Below are positions 27,421 to 35,901 of a stretch of DNA of 64,000 nt, piece by piece. Within the stretch, counting starts at the first letter, position 1. Each line of letters opens with the position of its first letter. The stretch spans positions 1 through 64,000 of the forward strand of contig JBFWLW010000008.1 in the NCBI GenBank assembly GCA_050251945.1. Reading direction: 5' to 3'. The position numbers were made by a program, and so were the translations under genes. The notes under the pieces were generated by a model. The model saw nothing but the letters and a program-made list of their open reading frames with translations. It was not told the DNA's origin and ran no database searches. The stretch comes from Deferribacterales bacterium (lineage in GTDB: Bacteria; Chrysiogenota; Deferribacteres; Deferribacterales; Geovibrionaceae).

Positions 27421-28470
27421 TTAATCCTTTTTTTTGCGTCTGAGGCTGAAATTCGGGAACATCTCTCTGATAAGTTCCAGAATCATCAGCACAAGCAGCG
27501 GATAGAATGCACCGATTGTCAGAATGGTGAAACCGAGCGCTACATAGAATTCGACAGGATAAATGTCTTTGTCGATGACAGAGTGCATCCTGATCATACC
27601 GAATTGCTGTGAAGCGTTAGCGTGGCAGTCGGCATCTTCACAGGTTTTATACCTGTTGGCTTCGTAAGTTGCACTTACCGGGTTTCTCCAGCTCTGAATG
27701 TTGTGTGCGGAGTCTCCTTTTTTAACGTGGCAGTCGATACAGCTCGGCGCATGTGGCATTCCGAACTCGACAGCCTTGCCGTGGAACGTATCCAGATATG
27801 TTGCCGCGGCGTTTTTCATTTTATGCTTGGTTGCCATTTCCTCTCTGGAGTGACATTTGCTGCAAGTTTTTACAACGTCCTCCGAAGGGGCAAGGTTCTT
27901 TATCCTGTGCGTGACGTGGTTGAAGAAATATTTATAGTCGACGTTATTGTCGTGGCACACTGCGCATTTCTGCAGAACACGCTCTTTGTGCCGTGCCTCG
28001 CTTACGGTCTCAACGTCGCCCGGGTCAAACCTGTATACAGGGTTTTTATGGCAGTTTGTACAGGAGGGGAAATCCTCTACAATTCGCGCCCTTACGTCAG
28101 GATTGTCAGGGTTATGGATACTTTTCTTAAGGGTATCAAGAATTTTCTTGTGAGAGAAAGGCTTTTCCGAACCGGCATTCTTGATGTGGCATTCGGTTGA
28201 ACAGTCAACAGGTTTCATCTCTTTGTGCGGGATTTCTGTTATGTCGGTGTGACATCCGGTACACTTGACTTTTGTGTGGACAGTGTGTGCGTAGTTGTCG
28301 GAGTCGACATAGAACACCCGAAGATAACCTTCGTCATTGACGCGGGTCAGTCCGGGATACTTGTGGCACATCATGCAGTTTTCACCATCCGTGACGGCTG
28401 CACCTGCCAACCCGCAGGTCAGAAAGAGACTGAAGACCATGACGGCAATAAAACAATATATTCTCATCAT
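27421..28470 (-). CDS. Multiheme c-type cytochrome with C-terminal membrane anchor (CbcA-like)
   Basis: 6 CXXCH plus CSTECH and CEDADCH; YLDTFHGKA motif; signal peptide and C-terminal TM helix; directly upstream of the cytochrome b. Confidence 0.85.
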   Translation of the reverse strand: MMRIYCFIAVMVFSLFLTCGLAGAAVTDGENCMMCHKYPGLTRVNDEGYLRVFYVDSDNYAHTVHTKVKCTGCHTDITEIPHKEMKPVDCSTECHIKNAGSEKPFSHKKILDTLKKSIHNPDNPDVRARIVEDFPSCTNCHKNPVYRFDPGDVETVSEARHKERVLQKCAVCHDNNVDYKYFFNHVTHRIKNLAPSEDVVKTCSKCHSREEMATKHKMKNAAATYLDTFHGKAVEFGMPHAPSCIDCHVKKGDSAHNIQSWRNPVSATYEANRYKTCEDADCHANASQQFGMIRMHSVIDKDIYPVEFYVALGFTILTIGAFYPLLVLMILELIREMFPNFSLRRKKKD

Positions 28471-28580
28471 CAGCTCCAAAAATATAGATGATTAACACTG
28501 ACTTTCGGCAAAATCTGTTAAGCTCCTGTCTCTCCATTCAAACATCGGGGAATAAAGTACCTGAGAGCCTGCTTATTCCC

Positions 28581-28671
28581 ATCTCCCCCTTTGACGAAGG
28601 GAGATTAAGGGGGATTTATATTAAATATTAATCAAATCCACCCCGACCCTCCTTTAGCTAAAGGAGGGAGA
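28581..28671. repeat. REP-like inverted pair, family 2
   Basis: ATCTCCCCCTTT..AAGGG.GATTAAGGGGGATTT..AAATCCACCCC.ACCCTCCTTT..TAAAGGAGGGAGA is colinear with 12641-12731; a partial third arm lies near 28740-28770. Confidence 0.85.
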
Positions 28672-28839
28672 GAAAACAGATATTGTGTATTCACACAATC
28701 TGAAATACAAGATCTGCTTTTGGCATTATCTCCTCAAGCAAATCCACCCCAGCCTTCTTTCGGAAAAGGAAAACAAGACATAAAGTTTCAACCTTGCCAT
28801 AAAGTCTATTAACACAGCCTAAAATCCGGCTATTGCCAT

Positions 28840-28868
28840 AGACTAGAATAGGTCACGGTTATTGTCAA
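28840..28868 (-). promoter_or_regulatory. Sigma70-type promoter for the cbcA-like-to-octaheme operon
   Basis: TTGACA-17 bp-TAGTCT on the minus strand. Confidence 0.6.
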
Positions 28869-29073
28869 CATAAGATAGCCCGACATGTGTCCTAAATTGT
28901 AAATTTTATTAAGATAGCAAAATTTGAATATTCAGAAAACGTTACAGCGGTTTTTTAAGATAATTTCAGGGTATTTTTAAGTGACTGGTTTCAAAATTAA
29001 TTTATTGTTTAATTAATCTGTAATGAAACTTACAAAAAACACAAAACGTGTTTTTCATAGATTAACATTTTTT

Positions 29074-29098
29074 AAAAGGGCGCCCCGAAAGGCGCCCT
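29074..29098 (-). terminator. Terminator after the OmcA/MtrC-like gene
   Basis: AGGGCGCC/GGCGCCCT stem followed by TTTT on the minus strand. Confidence 0.75.
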
Positions 29099-29118
29099 GA
29101 AATTTCAGCGATGTCCGA

Positions 29119-31524
29119 TTAGAACATTGCCATTACTGTTTCAATGATGGTGTCAAGTACACCGTCTGCATCAGTTATAAGGTAACCGAAAGATGCAACG
29201 TGTGCATTGAGTGTAGTAAGATCGCCTGCTTCATCTTCATTGATGTATTTAGTTCTGTGGCAAGAACCGCATGCACGTGAACCGGGACCTGAATCGTAGC
29301 TGGGGATAGTTCCGATGTTTCTGTCCTTAGTCCAAGTGTAAGAAGCAGAGAACTTACCGGGCAGTGATTCTGACTGATCCGGAACATCATATGTGCCTGC
29401 TTCGTGGCAAGACTCACAGTTCATGATTGTGAAGTTAGGATATGTGCTTTCAACATGGTGATCATATTCCATAGCTTCAACATCATCTGTCCAGTCGATG
29501 TTTTTAGTATCGAAAGGCTGCATAGAGTGAATTGCGTGTACGTATGAGTCGATAGAACGTGACTGCATCTCAAGGTGAGAGCCGCCGGACATAGGTGTGT
29601 GACACATACGGCATACAGTTATCTTACCGCCGTAAGAAGGGCTGTGGAATGTTGTTGCAAGCTGAGCGTGACAAGCGTTACATTTAGCTTCGTCAACCAC
29701 TTTGGCAGCACCTTGGAAGTAGTCGGCGACAAGAGCGTTTCCAGACAGGTCAAATGTTGCAGATGCAGCACTTGCGGCAACTACAGTGTCTGTTCCAACG
29801 ATGACTTTAGGCAGAACACCAATCTCTACCTTTGTGATTGCGCCGGAAGTCACAAGACCTGTGTAGTCAAGGGCTTTCATGTCGTAAGTTGCTGTCCAGA
29901 CTGTGCTTGTTGCGTTACCGGTTTTTGTTATGCCGGTGAAGTTAGCTACAGTTGCAGTTGTGCTGAGAGCACCTTCACCAACTCTTACGCCGCTTACCGT
30001 GTTGTGACCTGAAACTATAAAGTTCTTAGTGTCATATCCGTAACCGGAGATGAGAACTGTGGGAACCATAGCTGTCATGTCAGCAACACTGTTTGTTGCA
30101 GCAGCAGTGAACTGGAATGTAAGTGCTTTTGTTGTTGAGTTGTAAGAAGCAGAGTCAACAGTTATGGTTATGTTGTCTGCATACTTAGTCGTTCCGTCTT
30201 TGTAGATTGTTGAGTTATATCCTGTGTGGATAGTGTCAAACTCAACGCCTGAACCGTCCTGGTGACAGCTTGTGTTACAAGCGGCAGAAGATACGGAAAG
30301 CGTGGGGTGGTTTGCGTAAGCAGCCTGTGCTTTCTCGTTCAGGTTGTCAATAGCGTGGCAGCTCTGGCAAGTTGCGATTACGAAGTTATCGTTATCAAGG
30401 ATTTCAGTAAGTTTTCCTTCGTGGCAAGTTACGCAGTTAGCCATGCTTTGAGGATATGCAAATTCCATGTTGTGTGACATGTGAACGTCAGCCATTACGC
30501 TGCGTTTGTAAGCATATTTTGTGTTCTGGTCAGTGGTGGTAACTCCGTCCTGTGCAGCATAAGCTTCAGGATCGTCGTACAGAAGCTGCCAACCAGTGTG
30601 TCCGCCTGCAGTTGTGTCAATGTGACATGCTTTACAAGCAACGAAATCGGGAAGGTTGCCTACAACAGCTTCACGATAGCCGTGCTTTCTGTAAGGTGCG
30701 CCGTGGCAGCCTTCGCAACCTGCTACGTTAGCAGTTGAAGTATAGCCGGTTGTGGCATCATTGGGGTCATCAGCACCGAGAGCGAGAGCTGCACTTGCCA
30801 TGTTGTCATAAAGCTTGATGCTTCCGCCTGTACGAACACCGTTCTGGTCAGCAAGTGAAGTAAGCTGATCTTTTGCAAGGTAGCCGTAAGCGAAAGAATA
30901 GTAAGTTTCAGGAACAACAGACAGACCTGTCTTTGTAATTGTATACACGCCTGTGGCAGCATTGGTAACATCTACAGTTGTTGACGAAATTGAATATGAA
31001 GTCGAAGCTGTAAACTGACCTGTTGTTGCGTCATACAGAGCTACATAGAATGTTTTCTGGGGAAAAGCAGCTACAAAATCAGCAGCAGTAGAGAAAACAT
31101 AAGGAGTGTTGTCGTCATGAAGCACTGTAATTGTCATGACAGATGAAATAGTGGGAGCGGTACCTGCTGAAACAACACTGTTAATTGTAAGTTTGATATC
31201 GCTTACGTTAGTGCCGTCTGTGTCAGTATATTTTGCATATTCTGCCTGGTGAGCAGAACCGTCAAACTGAACAGTACCGTTGTGGCAAGTTGAACAGGAT
31301 TCACCCTGAGCAACTTTATCAGTGATCATCTCTTCCTGAAGAGCGGCGATAGCAGCCTCGTACTCTTCAATTGTGATCAGCCCGGCATCGAGTTGTGCCT
31401 GGAGTTCTGCAATCTGTGCAGAAGCGTCAGCATCTGAGCCATCTGAGCCGTCGTCGCCGCAACCTACGAGCATAAACGCGCAGGTGAAAGCGAGCATTAA
31501 AAGAAATAAAATTCTTCTCGACAT
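29119..31524 (-). CDS. OmcA/MtrC-family decaheme outer-surface cytochrome lipoprotein
   Basis: Lipobox LVGC; 9 CXXCH plus CNTSCH; family-like segments VVDEAKCNACH..FH..VCRMCH, YPQSMANCVTCH and ACGSCH; SD AAGGAGG. Confidence 0.85.
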   Translation of the reverse strand: MSRRILFLLMLAFTCAFMLVGCGDDGSDGSDADASAQIAELQAQLDAGLITIEEYEAAIAALQEEMITDKVAQGESCSTCHNGTVQFDGSAHQAEYAKYTDTDGTNVSDIKLTINSVVSAGTAPTISSVMTITVLHDDNTPYVFSTAADFVAAFPQKTFYVALYDATTGQFTASTSYSISSTTVDVTNAATGVYTITKTGLSVVPETYYSFAYGYLAKDQLTSLADQNGVRTGGSIKLYDNMASAALALGADDPNDATTGYTSTANVAGCEGCHGAPYRKHGYREAVVGNLPDFVACKACHIDTTAGGHTGWQLLYDDPEAYAAQDGVTTTDQNTKYAYKRSVMADVHMSHNMEFAYPQSMANCVTCHEGKLTEILDNDNFVIATCQSCHAIDNLNEKAQAAYANHPTLSVSSAACNTSCHQDGSGVEFDTIHTGYNSTIYKDGTTKYADNITITVDSASYNSTTKALTFQFTAAATNSVADMTAMVPTVLISGYGYDTKNFIVSGHNTVSGVRVGEGALSTTATVANFTGITKTGNATSTVWTATYDMKALDYTGLVTSGAITKVEIGVLPKVIVGTDTVVAASAASATFDLSGNALVADYFQGAAKVVDEAKCNACHAQLATTFHSPSYGGKITVCRMCHTPMSGGSHLEMQSRSIDSYVHAIHSMQPFDTKNIDWTDDVEAMEYDHHVESTYPNFTIMNCESCHEAGTYDVPDQSESLPGKFSASYTWTKDRNIGTIPSYDSGPGSRACGSCHRTKYINEDEAGDLTTLNAHVASFGYLITDADGVLDTIIETVMAMF

Positions 31525-31638
31525 AAATTTAGCCTCCTTTTGCTTTATGTCAAATACTGCCTGTGTCATCAGACATTCTATTGTTTACAGAGGATGCCTG
31601 ATAAGCGCAGGTTTTTTGCTCAATCAAAAATTCAAAAC

Positions 31639-31699
31639 ACACGGTCATTAAAATCTACACGGTCATTTTACACGGTCATTAAAAATTTACACGGTCATT
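31639..31699. repeat. Four direct repeats ACACGGTCATT in the leader of the MtrC-like gene
   Basis: Exact 11-mers starting at 31639, 31657, 31670 and 31689. Confidence 0.9.
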
Positions 31700-31712
31700 A
31701 CTTTTTTTACAA

Positions 31713-31740
31713 AGTATACCAAATAAAATTCAGATGTCAA
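31713..31740 (-). promoter_or_regulatory. Near-consensus sigma70 promoter of the MtrC-like gene
   Basis: TTGACA-16 bp-TATACT with extended -10 TG on the minus strand. Confidence 0.7.
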
Positions 31741-32032
31741 ATATAACTTAACTAAGGCTAATTGGCATATGCCCGTAATTTTTAACCCAAGTTCATAAAA
31801 TTAGCATACTACCGAATTCATCAAACATTAAATTTACTATATATCAAGTACTACCGAAGATTGTTTTTTATATATTGTGTTAATTGAATATTTATATGTT
31901 TTACTTAGGCATATATCACAATTCAATCATACTAAACTTTAGGGTTTTACAATAAGTACAAACATGCATTTTACCGAATATTTCAATTACATAATATTCA
32001 TAAAATATCAGAGTGAAAAAAATTATTGATTA

Positions 32033-33418
32033 TCAGTTAGATTTTAGACGCTTGTGCAGAGCCTGACGTGTTATTCCCAATAGTTTTGCCGCCGAACTGA
32101 TGTTACCATCCGATTCTTTCAGTGCCGAGTCGACAACGTAATGTTCAATTTCCTTTAAAGTAGGGAAGTCACCAAAATATGAAAATGTCTTAACATTCGT
32201 GTTCAACGAACCGTTCACTTTCAGTCCGTGCCTGCTGAAAAAAGACGCCGCTTCATATTCGGAAGGCTTCCTGTCGCCGAAAACCATAGCCATATCAGAC
32301 ATAATTGCCTGTAGCTGGCGCACGTTTCCGGGGAAATCATAGCTTTTGATCATCCTTATTATATATGCCGGAATGCCGCTGACGGCAGCAAGACCGACCT
32401 CCGTTAACGCTCTGTTGTAGAACATGAGCGCAAGATGCTCGACATCGCAGATCCTTTCGCGCAGAGGCGGAATTGAAAGTTTATGAGTAGAAAGCCTGTA
32501 AAAAAGATCCTGACGAAATTTTCCGGAACGCACGCTTTCTTCAAGATCGGCATTTGTTGCGGCAACTATTCTGACGCTCGCGTTCATGTATCTGTCAGAA
32601 CCCAGAGGTGAATAAACCTTCTCCTGCAAGAGTCTGAGAAGTTTGACCTGCGCACTCTCCGCCATGTCCCCTATCTCGTCCAGAAAAAGCGTTCCTCTTT
32701 CCGCCGCGGCGACAAGCCCCTGCCTTGGCTTATCTGCGCCCGTGAAAGCACCTTTGACGTGACCGAAAAGGGTATCGGAAAACATAGTGTCGTCCAGCCC
32801 GGCAACGTTGACGGGAACGAACTGCCCTTTCCGCCCGCTGCATTCGTGTACTGCACGGGCAAAAAGTTCTTTGCCGACACCTGTTTCCCCTGTAATAAGC
32901 ACAGGAAAACTGCTTTTTGAGACCGATTCAATATATCTGAAAACTTCTTTCATCCTGCCGTCGGCAGTCATAATTCCGTGAAAGTCAACCAGATCGCTGT
33001 TTTCGTCCGTACGCAGGGCATTTCTGAGAGCCTCTATCTCCATATGCATCTGAAAAGCGTTCACTGCCGCATGATATGCCGCGGCAAATCTGTCGCTGTC
33101 CAGAGGTTTTACAAGGAAGTTCAGCGCCCCGTTCTGTATGCACCGGACAGCCGTACTGATGTCGTTGTTTCCGGTTACTATTATAACAGATGCCGCCGGA
33201 TGCCTCTTCTTTATCATATCAAGAAGTTCCTCTCCTGTATGATAAGGCATCTGCAGGTCAACAAAAACCGCCATGGGGTTTATTGAGTCTATAGTCTCAA
33301 CAAACTCTCTGGGGTCGTTATGGATGACATAATCAGCTATGCCGTTTCTTTTCATAAAGATGGCATAGGAATCGGTTATCATTTTTTCATCATCAATGAT
33401 GACGACCTTTGATGTCAT
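32033..33418 (-). CDS. Sigma54-dependent NtrC-family response regulator
   Basis: REC domain; GETGVGKE, LFGHVKGAFTGA, LFLDEIG and FPGNVRQL; Fis-type HTH. Confidence 0.95.
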   Translation of the reverse strand: MTSKVVIIDDEKMITDSYAIFMKRNGIADYVIHNDPREFVETIDSINPMAVFVDLQMPYHTGEELLDMIKKRHPAASVIIVTGNNDISTAVRCIQNGALNFLVKPLDSDRFAAAYHAAVNAFQMHMEIEALRNALRTDENSDLVDFHGIMTADGRMKEVFRYIESVSKSSFPVLITGETGVGKELFARAVHECSGRKGQFVPVNVAGLDDTMFSDTLFGHVKGAFTGADKPRQGLVAAAERGTLFLDEIGDMAESAQVKLLRLLQEKVYSPLGSDRYMNASVRIVAATNADLEESVRSGKFRQDLFYRLSTHKLSIPPLRERICDVEHLALMFYNRALTEVGLAAVSGIPAYIIRMIKSYDFPGNVRQLQAIMSDMAMVFGDRKPSEYEAASFFSRHGLKVNGSLNTNVKTFSYFGDFPTLKEIEHYVVDSALKESDGNISSAAKLLGITRQALHKRLKSN

Positions 33419-35256
33419 ACACCCGTACCCGCAGGTATGCTTATAGTGACGACGGTACCTTTATTCTTTTCTGATGCAACATGAAATCCGCCGTTATGAT
33501 CCAGCACAATGGTATATGCAATGGAAAGCCCGAGCCCTGTTCCGCCCTCTGCCTGTTTGGTTGTAAAGAACGGCTCTGTGATGCGCTGTATATCCTCTCC
33601 ACGGATGCCTACACCGCAGTCCTTCACCTCTGTAACGACATGTCCGTCCTTGACAAAGCACCTGACCGACACAGGCAGATGCCTGCCCGGCGTTGCCTCC
33701 AGAGCGTTCATGATTATGTTGATAAAAACCTGTTCAAGTTTCTGACTGTTGCCCATGACAGGCGGCAGATCAGTCTCTATATCCTCCGCAAAACAGTCGG
33801 TGCTTTTATTAATTTTATGGGCGAGAATGTGTATCGCCGCCTTCAGCGGAACCTCAACCGAAAGAAGCTGGTGCACCGCAACAGTGTCCTGACGTGCGAA
33901 ACTTTTCAGATCGAGGACGATGTCTCTTATCCTTTCAGAGCCTTTGTATATGCCTTCAAGAAGCTGGATCATGTCGCCTTTCGCCTCGGTATAAGGCGTA
34001 TTGCCGATCATAAGCTCTCCCCTCTCCTGTTCCATCTCATCCAGCAGGTTCATAAAATCGCTGATATATTCTTTGATTATGGAGCTGTTGAACATTATGA
34101 AGTTGTTGGGGTTGTTAAGCTCGTGAGCGACACCGGAAACAAGCGTCCCCAGCGCAGCCATTTTATTGGTCTGTATCATGCGCATCTTAAGTTCTTTCTC
34201 TATGGTCTCAAGACGGACTTTCTCGGAAACGTCTTCAATATCTATCATGACAAATTCAGTGCTGCCTTCAGAGATCACGTTCCCCCTGAAATCCGCAATG
34301 AAGTTTCTGCCCGAACGGCTTACCTGTTCCACTCTCGGAAGTTCAAAATATGGCTGCTCCCGCGCGAGATCCTGAACTTTAAGCGCGACAGCTTCCCCGA
34401 CCAGTGACAGCAAAGGAACTCCTTCAGAATCGGATGCCAGCGAATAAAGCCGCATCAGAGCTTCATTACAGTCTTTAATATAAAGACCGTCCATTGACAC
34501 TATCAGCCCCGGAATGAATCTTTTCTGGAAAATGCTGACAAACTTTTTCTCCGCAATATTCAGCTCGGTCTTAAAAAGTTCGGTCTGCGTTATATCGGTG
34601 AGGGTAACGATGCTCCCGTTGTTAAAGCGCCCAACGCCCATAACGGCGGTTTTCTTCTCTTTGCCGTTGTCCAGACAGATGACGGAAGAGTATGTACCGT
34701 GGGTATATCCGCCGAGAATATCTCTTATATTCCTGCCTGTTTCGCAGTTTGACAGACCTGTAATGCCGCAGAATGTTTCATTAAGAAGACTTACAGTGTA
34801 GTCCTCGTCAATGACGGCAATACCGTCGGAAGTGTGCTCAAGCACGCTCTGAACAAGCTTGCTCTTCTCTATGGTCGTGCGTTCAAGCTCAATTCTTGTA
34901 AAAGACAAAGATACAGTGGCAAGAAGCGACTGCGATGTGAAAGGCTTTATTATATATCCATACGGGGACGTCGCCATAGACCTGCCGATAGTGGCGGGGT
35001 CTGAATAGCTTGTAATGTACACGACAGGAATCTTTTCGGTTTTGTGTATCTGCGTGACAAGTTCAATGCCGTCAACAGATGACTTCAGACTGATATCCAT
35101 CAACATGAGATCAGGTTTCTCTTTATTGATGGCAGCCAGAGCCTCTTCGTCGTCAACGGCAAGCCCGACAACCGTATAGCCGTTGCGTTCAAGTCTGGAA
35201 GCTATGTCCAGTCCGATTACTGCTTCATCTTCAACAATTAGTATTCTCTTCGCCAT
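33415..35256 (-). CDS. REC-PAS histidine kinase
   Basis: N-terminal receiver (ILIVEDE, DISL, KPF); H-box GVAHELNNP; EPFFTTK and GTGLGL. Confidence 0.92.
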   Translation of the reverse strand: MAKRILIVEDEAVIGLDIASRLERNGYTVVGLAVDDEEALAAINKEKPDLMLMDISLKSSVDGIELVTQIHKTEKIPVVYITSYSDPATIGRSMATSPYGYIIKPFTSQSLLATVSLSFTRIELERTTIEKSKLVQSVLEHTSDGIAVIDEDYTVSLLNETFCGITGLSNCETGRNIRDILGGYTHGTYSSVICLDNGKEKKTAVMGVGRFNNGSIVTLTDITQTELFKTELNIAEKKFVSIFQKRFIPGLIVSMDGLYIKDCNEALMRLYSLASDSEGVPLLSLVGEAVALKVQDLAREQPYFELPRVEQVSRSGRNFIADFRGNVISEGSTEFVMIDIEDVSEKVRLETIEKELKMRMIQTNKMAALGTLVSGVAHELNNPNNFIMFNSSIIKEYISDFMNLLDEMEQERGELMIGNTPYTEAKGDMIQLLEGIYKGSERIRDIVLDLKSFARQDTVAVHQLLSVEVPLKAAIHILAHKINKSTDCFAEDIETDLPPVMGNSQKLEQVFINIIMNALEATPGRHLPVSVRCFVKDGHVVTEVKDCGVGIRGEDIQRITEPFFTTKQAEGGTGLGLSIAYTIVLDHNGGFHVASEKNKGTVVTISIPAGTGV

Positions 35257-35315
35257 ATCAGCCTCGAGCGTAATAAACACGGTGCATGTATAATTTTTCA
35301 TTACAAAAACGAAAG

Positions 35316-35398
35316 TGTCAACTTTATTTTACACAACAAAATCTTTTTATATAGGCAAGTTAGCCATATTTAAACAGGGATGTCAACTTTGATTAACA
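35316..35398. promoter_or_regulatory. Two candidate enhancer (UAS) sites TGTCAACTTT-N2-TT(T/A)ACA
   Basis: TGTCAACTTTATTTTACA (35316-35333) and TGTCAACTTTGATTAACA (35381-35398) lie upstream of a -24/-12 promoter. Confidence 0.55.
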
Positions 35399-35451
35399 CT
35401 TTCCCTTTAGCCTCTAATCACCAACATATTGGTATATAAGAACTTCTATTT

Positions 35452-35466
35452 TGGCATGAACGTTGC
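35452..35466 (+). promoter_or_regulatory. Sigma54 -24/-12 promoter
   Basis: TGGCATGAACGTTGC fits TGGCA..N..TTGC with GG-N10-GC spacing. Confidence 0.8.
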
Positions 35467-35478
35467 GTATAATTCACC

Positions 35479-35901
35479 ATGAGAAAAAAAGTACTTCTTA
35501 TAGACGATGAGGAACATTTCAGAAACAGCGTGAAAATCGCCCTGAAAAGAGAGGGTATTCAGGTCACGGACGAGCAGGACGGCTCCGACGGACTCAGAAA
35601 CATCATCCTCAGCATGGCGACAGGGAGTCTGTATGACCTCATAATACTGGACATAATGATGCCCGGACTGACAGGGATAGACATCCTTGAGTTCTTTATA
35701 CAGAACGAGCTCAGTATCCCCGTGATTGTTGTGACCGGGTACATGGACTATGATCTCAGATTTTTCTGCTCAAACATAAAAAAAATAAAGGTTATGGAGA
35801 AGCCTTTTAGCCACGACAAACTGGTCAGTCAGGTTCTTGAGATGTTAAAGACTGAAGGCACAGCTACAAACTCCGGAGGACGGGATGGATTATATCAATA
35901 A
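35479..35901 (+). CDS. Single-domain response regulator
   Basis: VLLIDDE, LDIMMP, VTG and KPF. Confidence 0.88.
   Translation: MRKKVLLIDDEEHFRNSVKIALKREGIQVTDEQDGSDGLRNIILSMATGSLYDLIILDIMMPGLTGIDILEFFIQNELSIPVIVVTGYMDYDLRFFCSNIKKIKVMEKPFSHDKLVSQVLEMLKTEGTATNSGGRDGLYQ

Noticed and set aside
31560..31620. Cyclic di-nucleotide (GEMM) riboswitch upstream of the cytochrome gene
   Set aside because: I could not find the GEMM-I core motifs; only a single long hairpin is visible.
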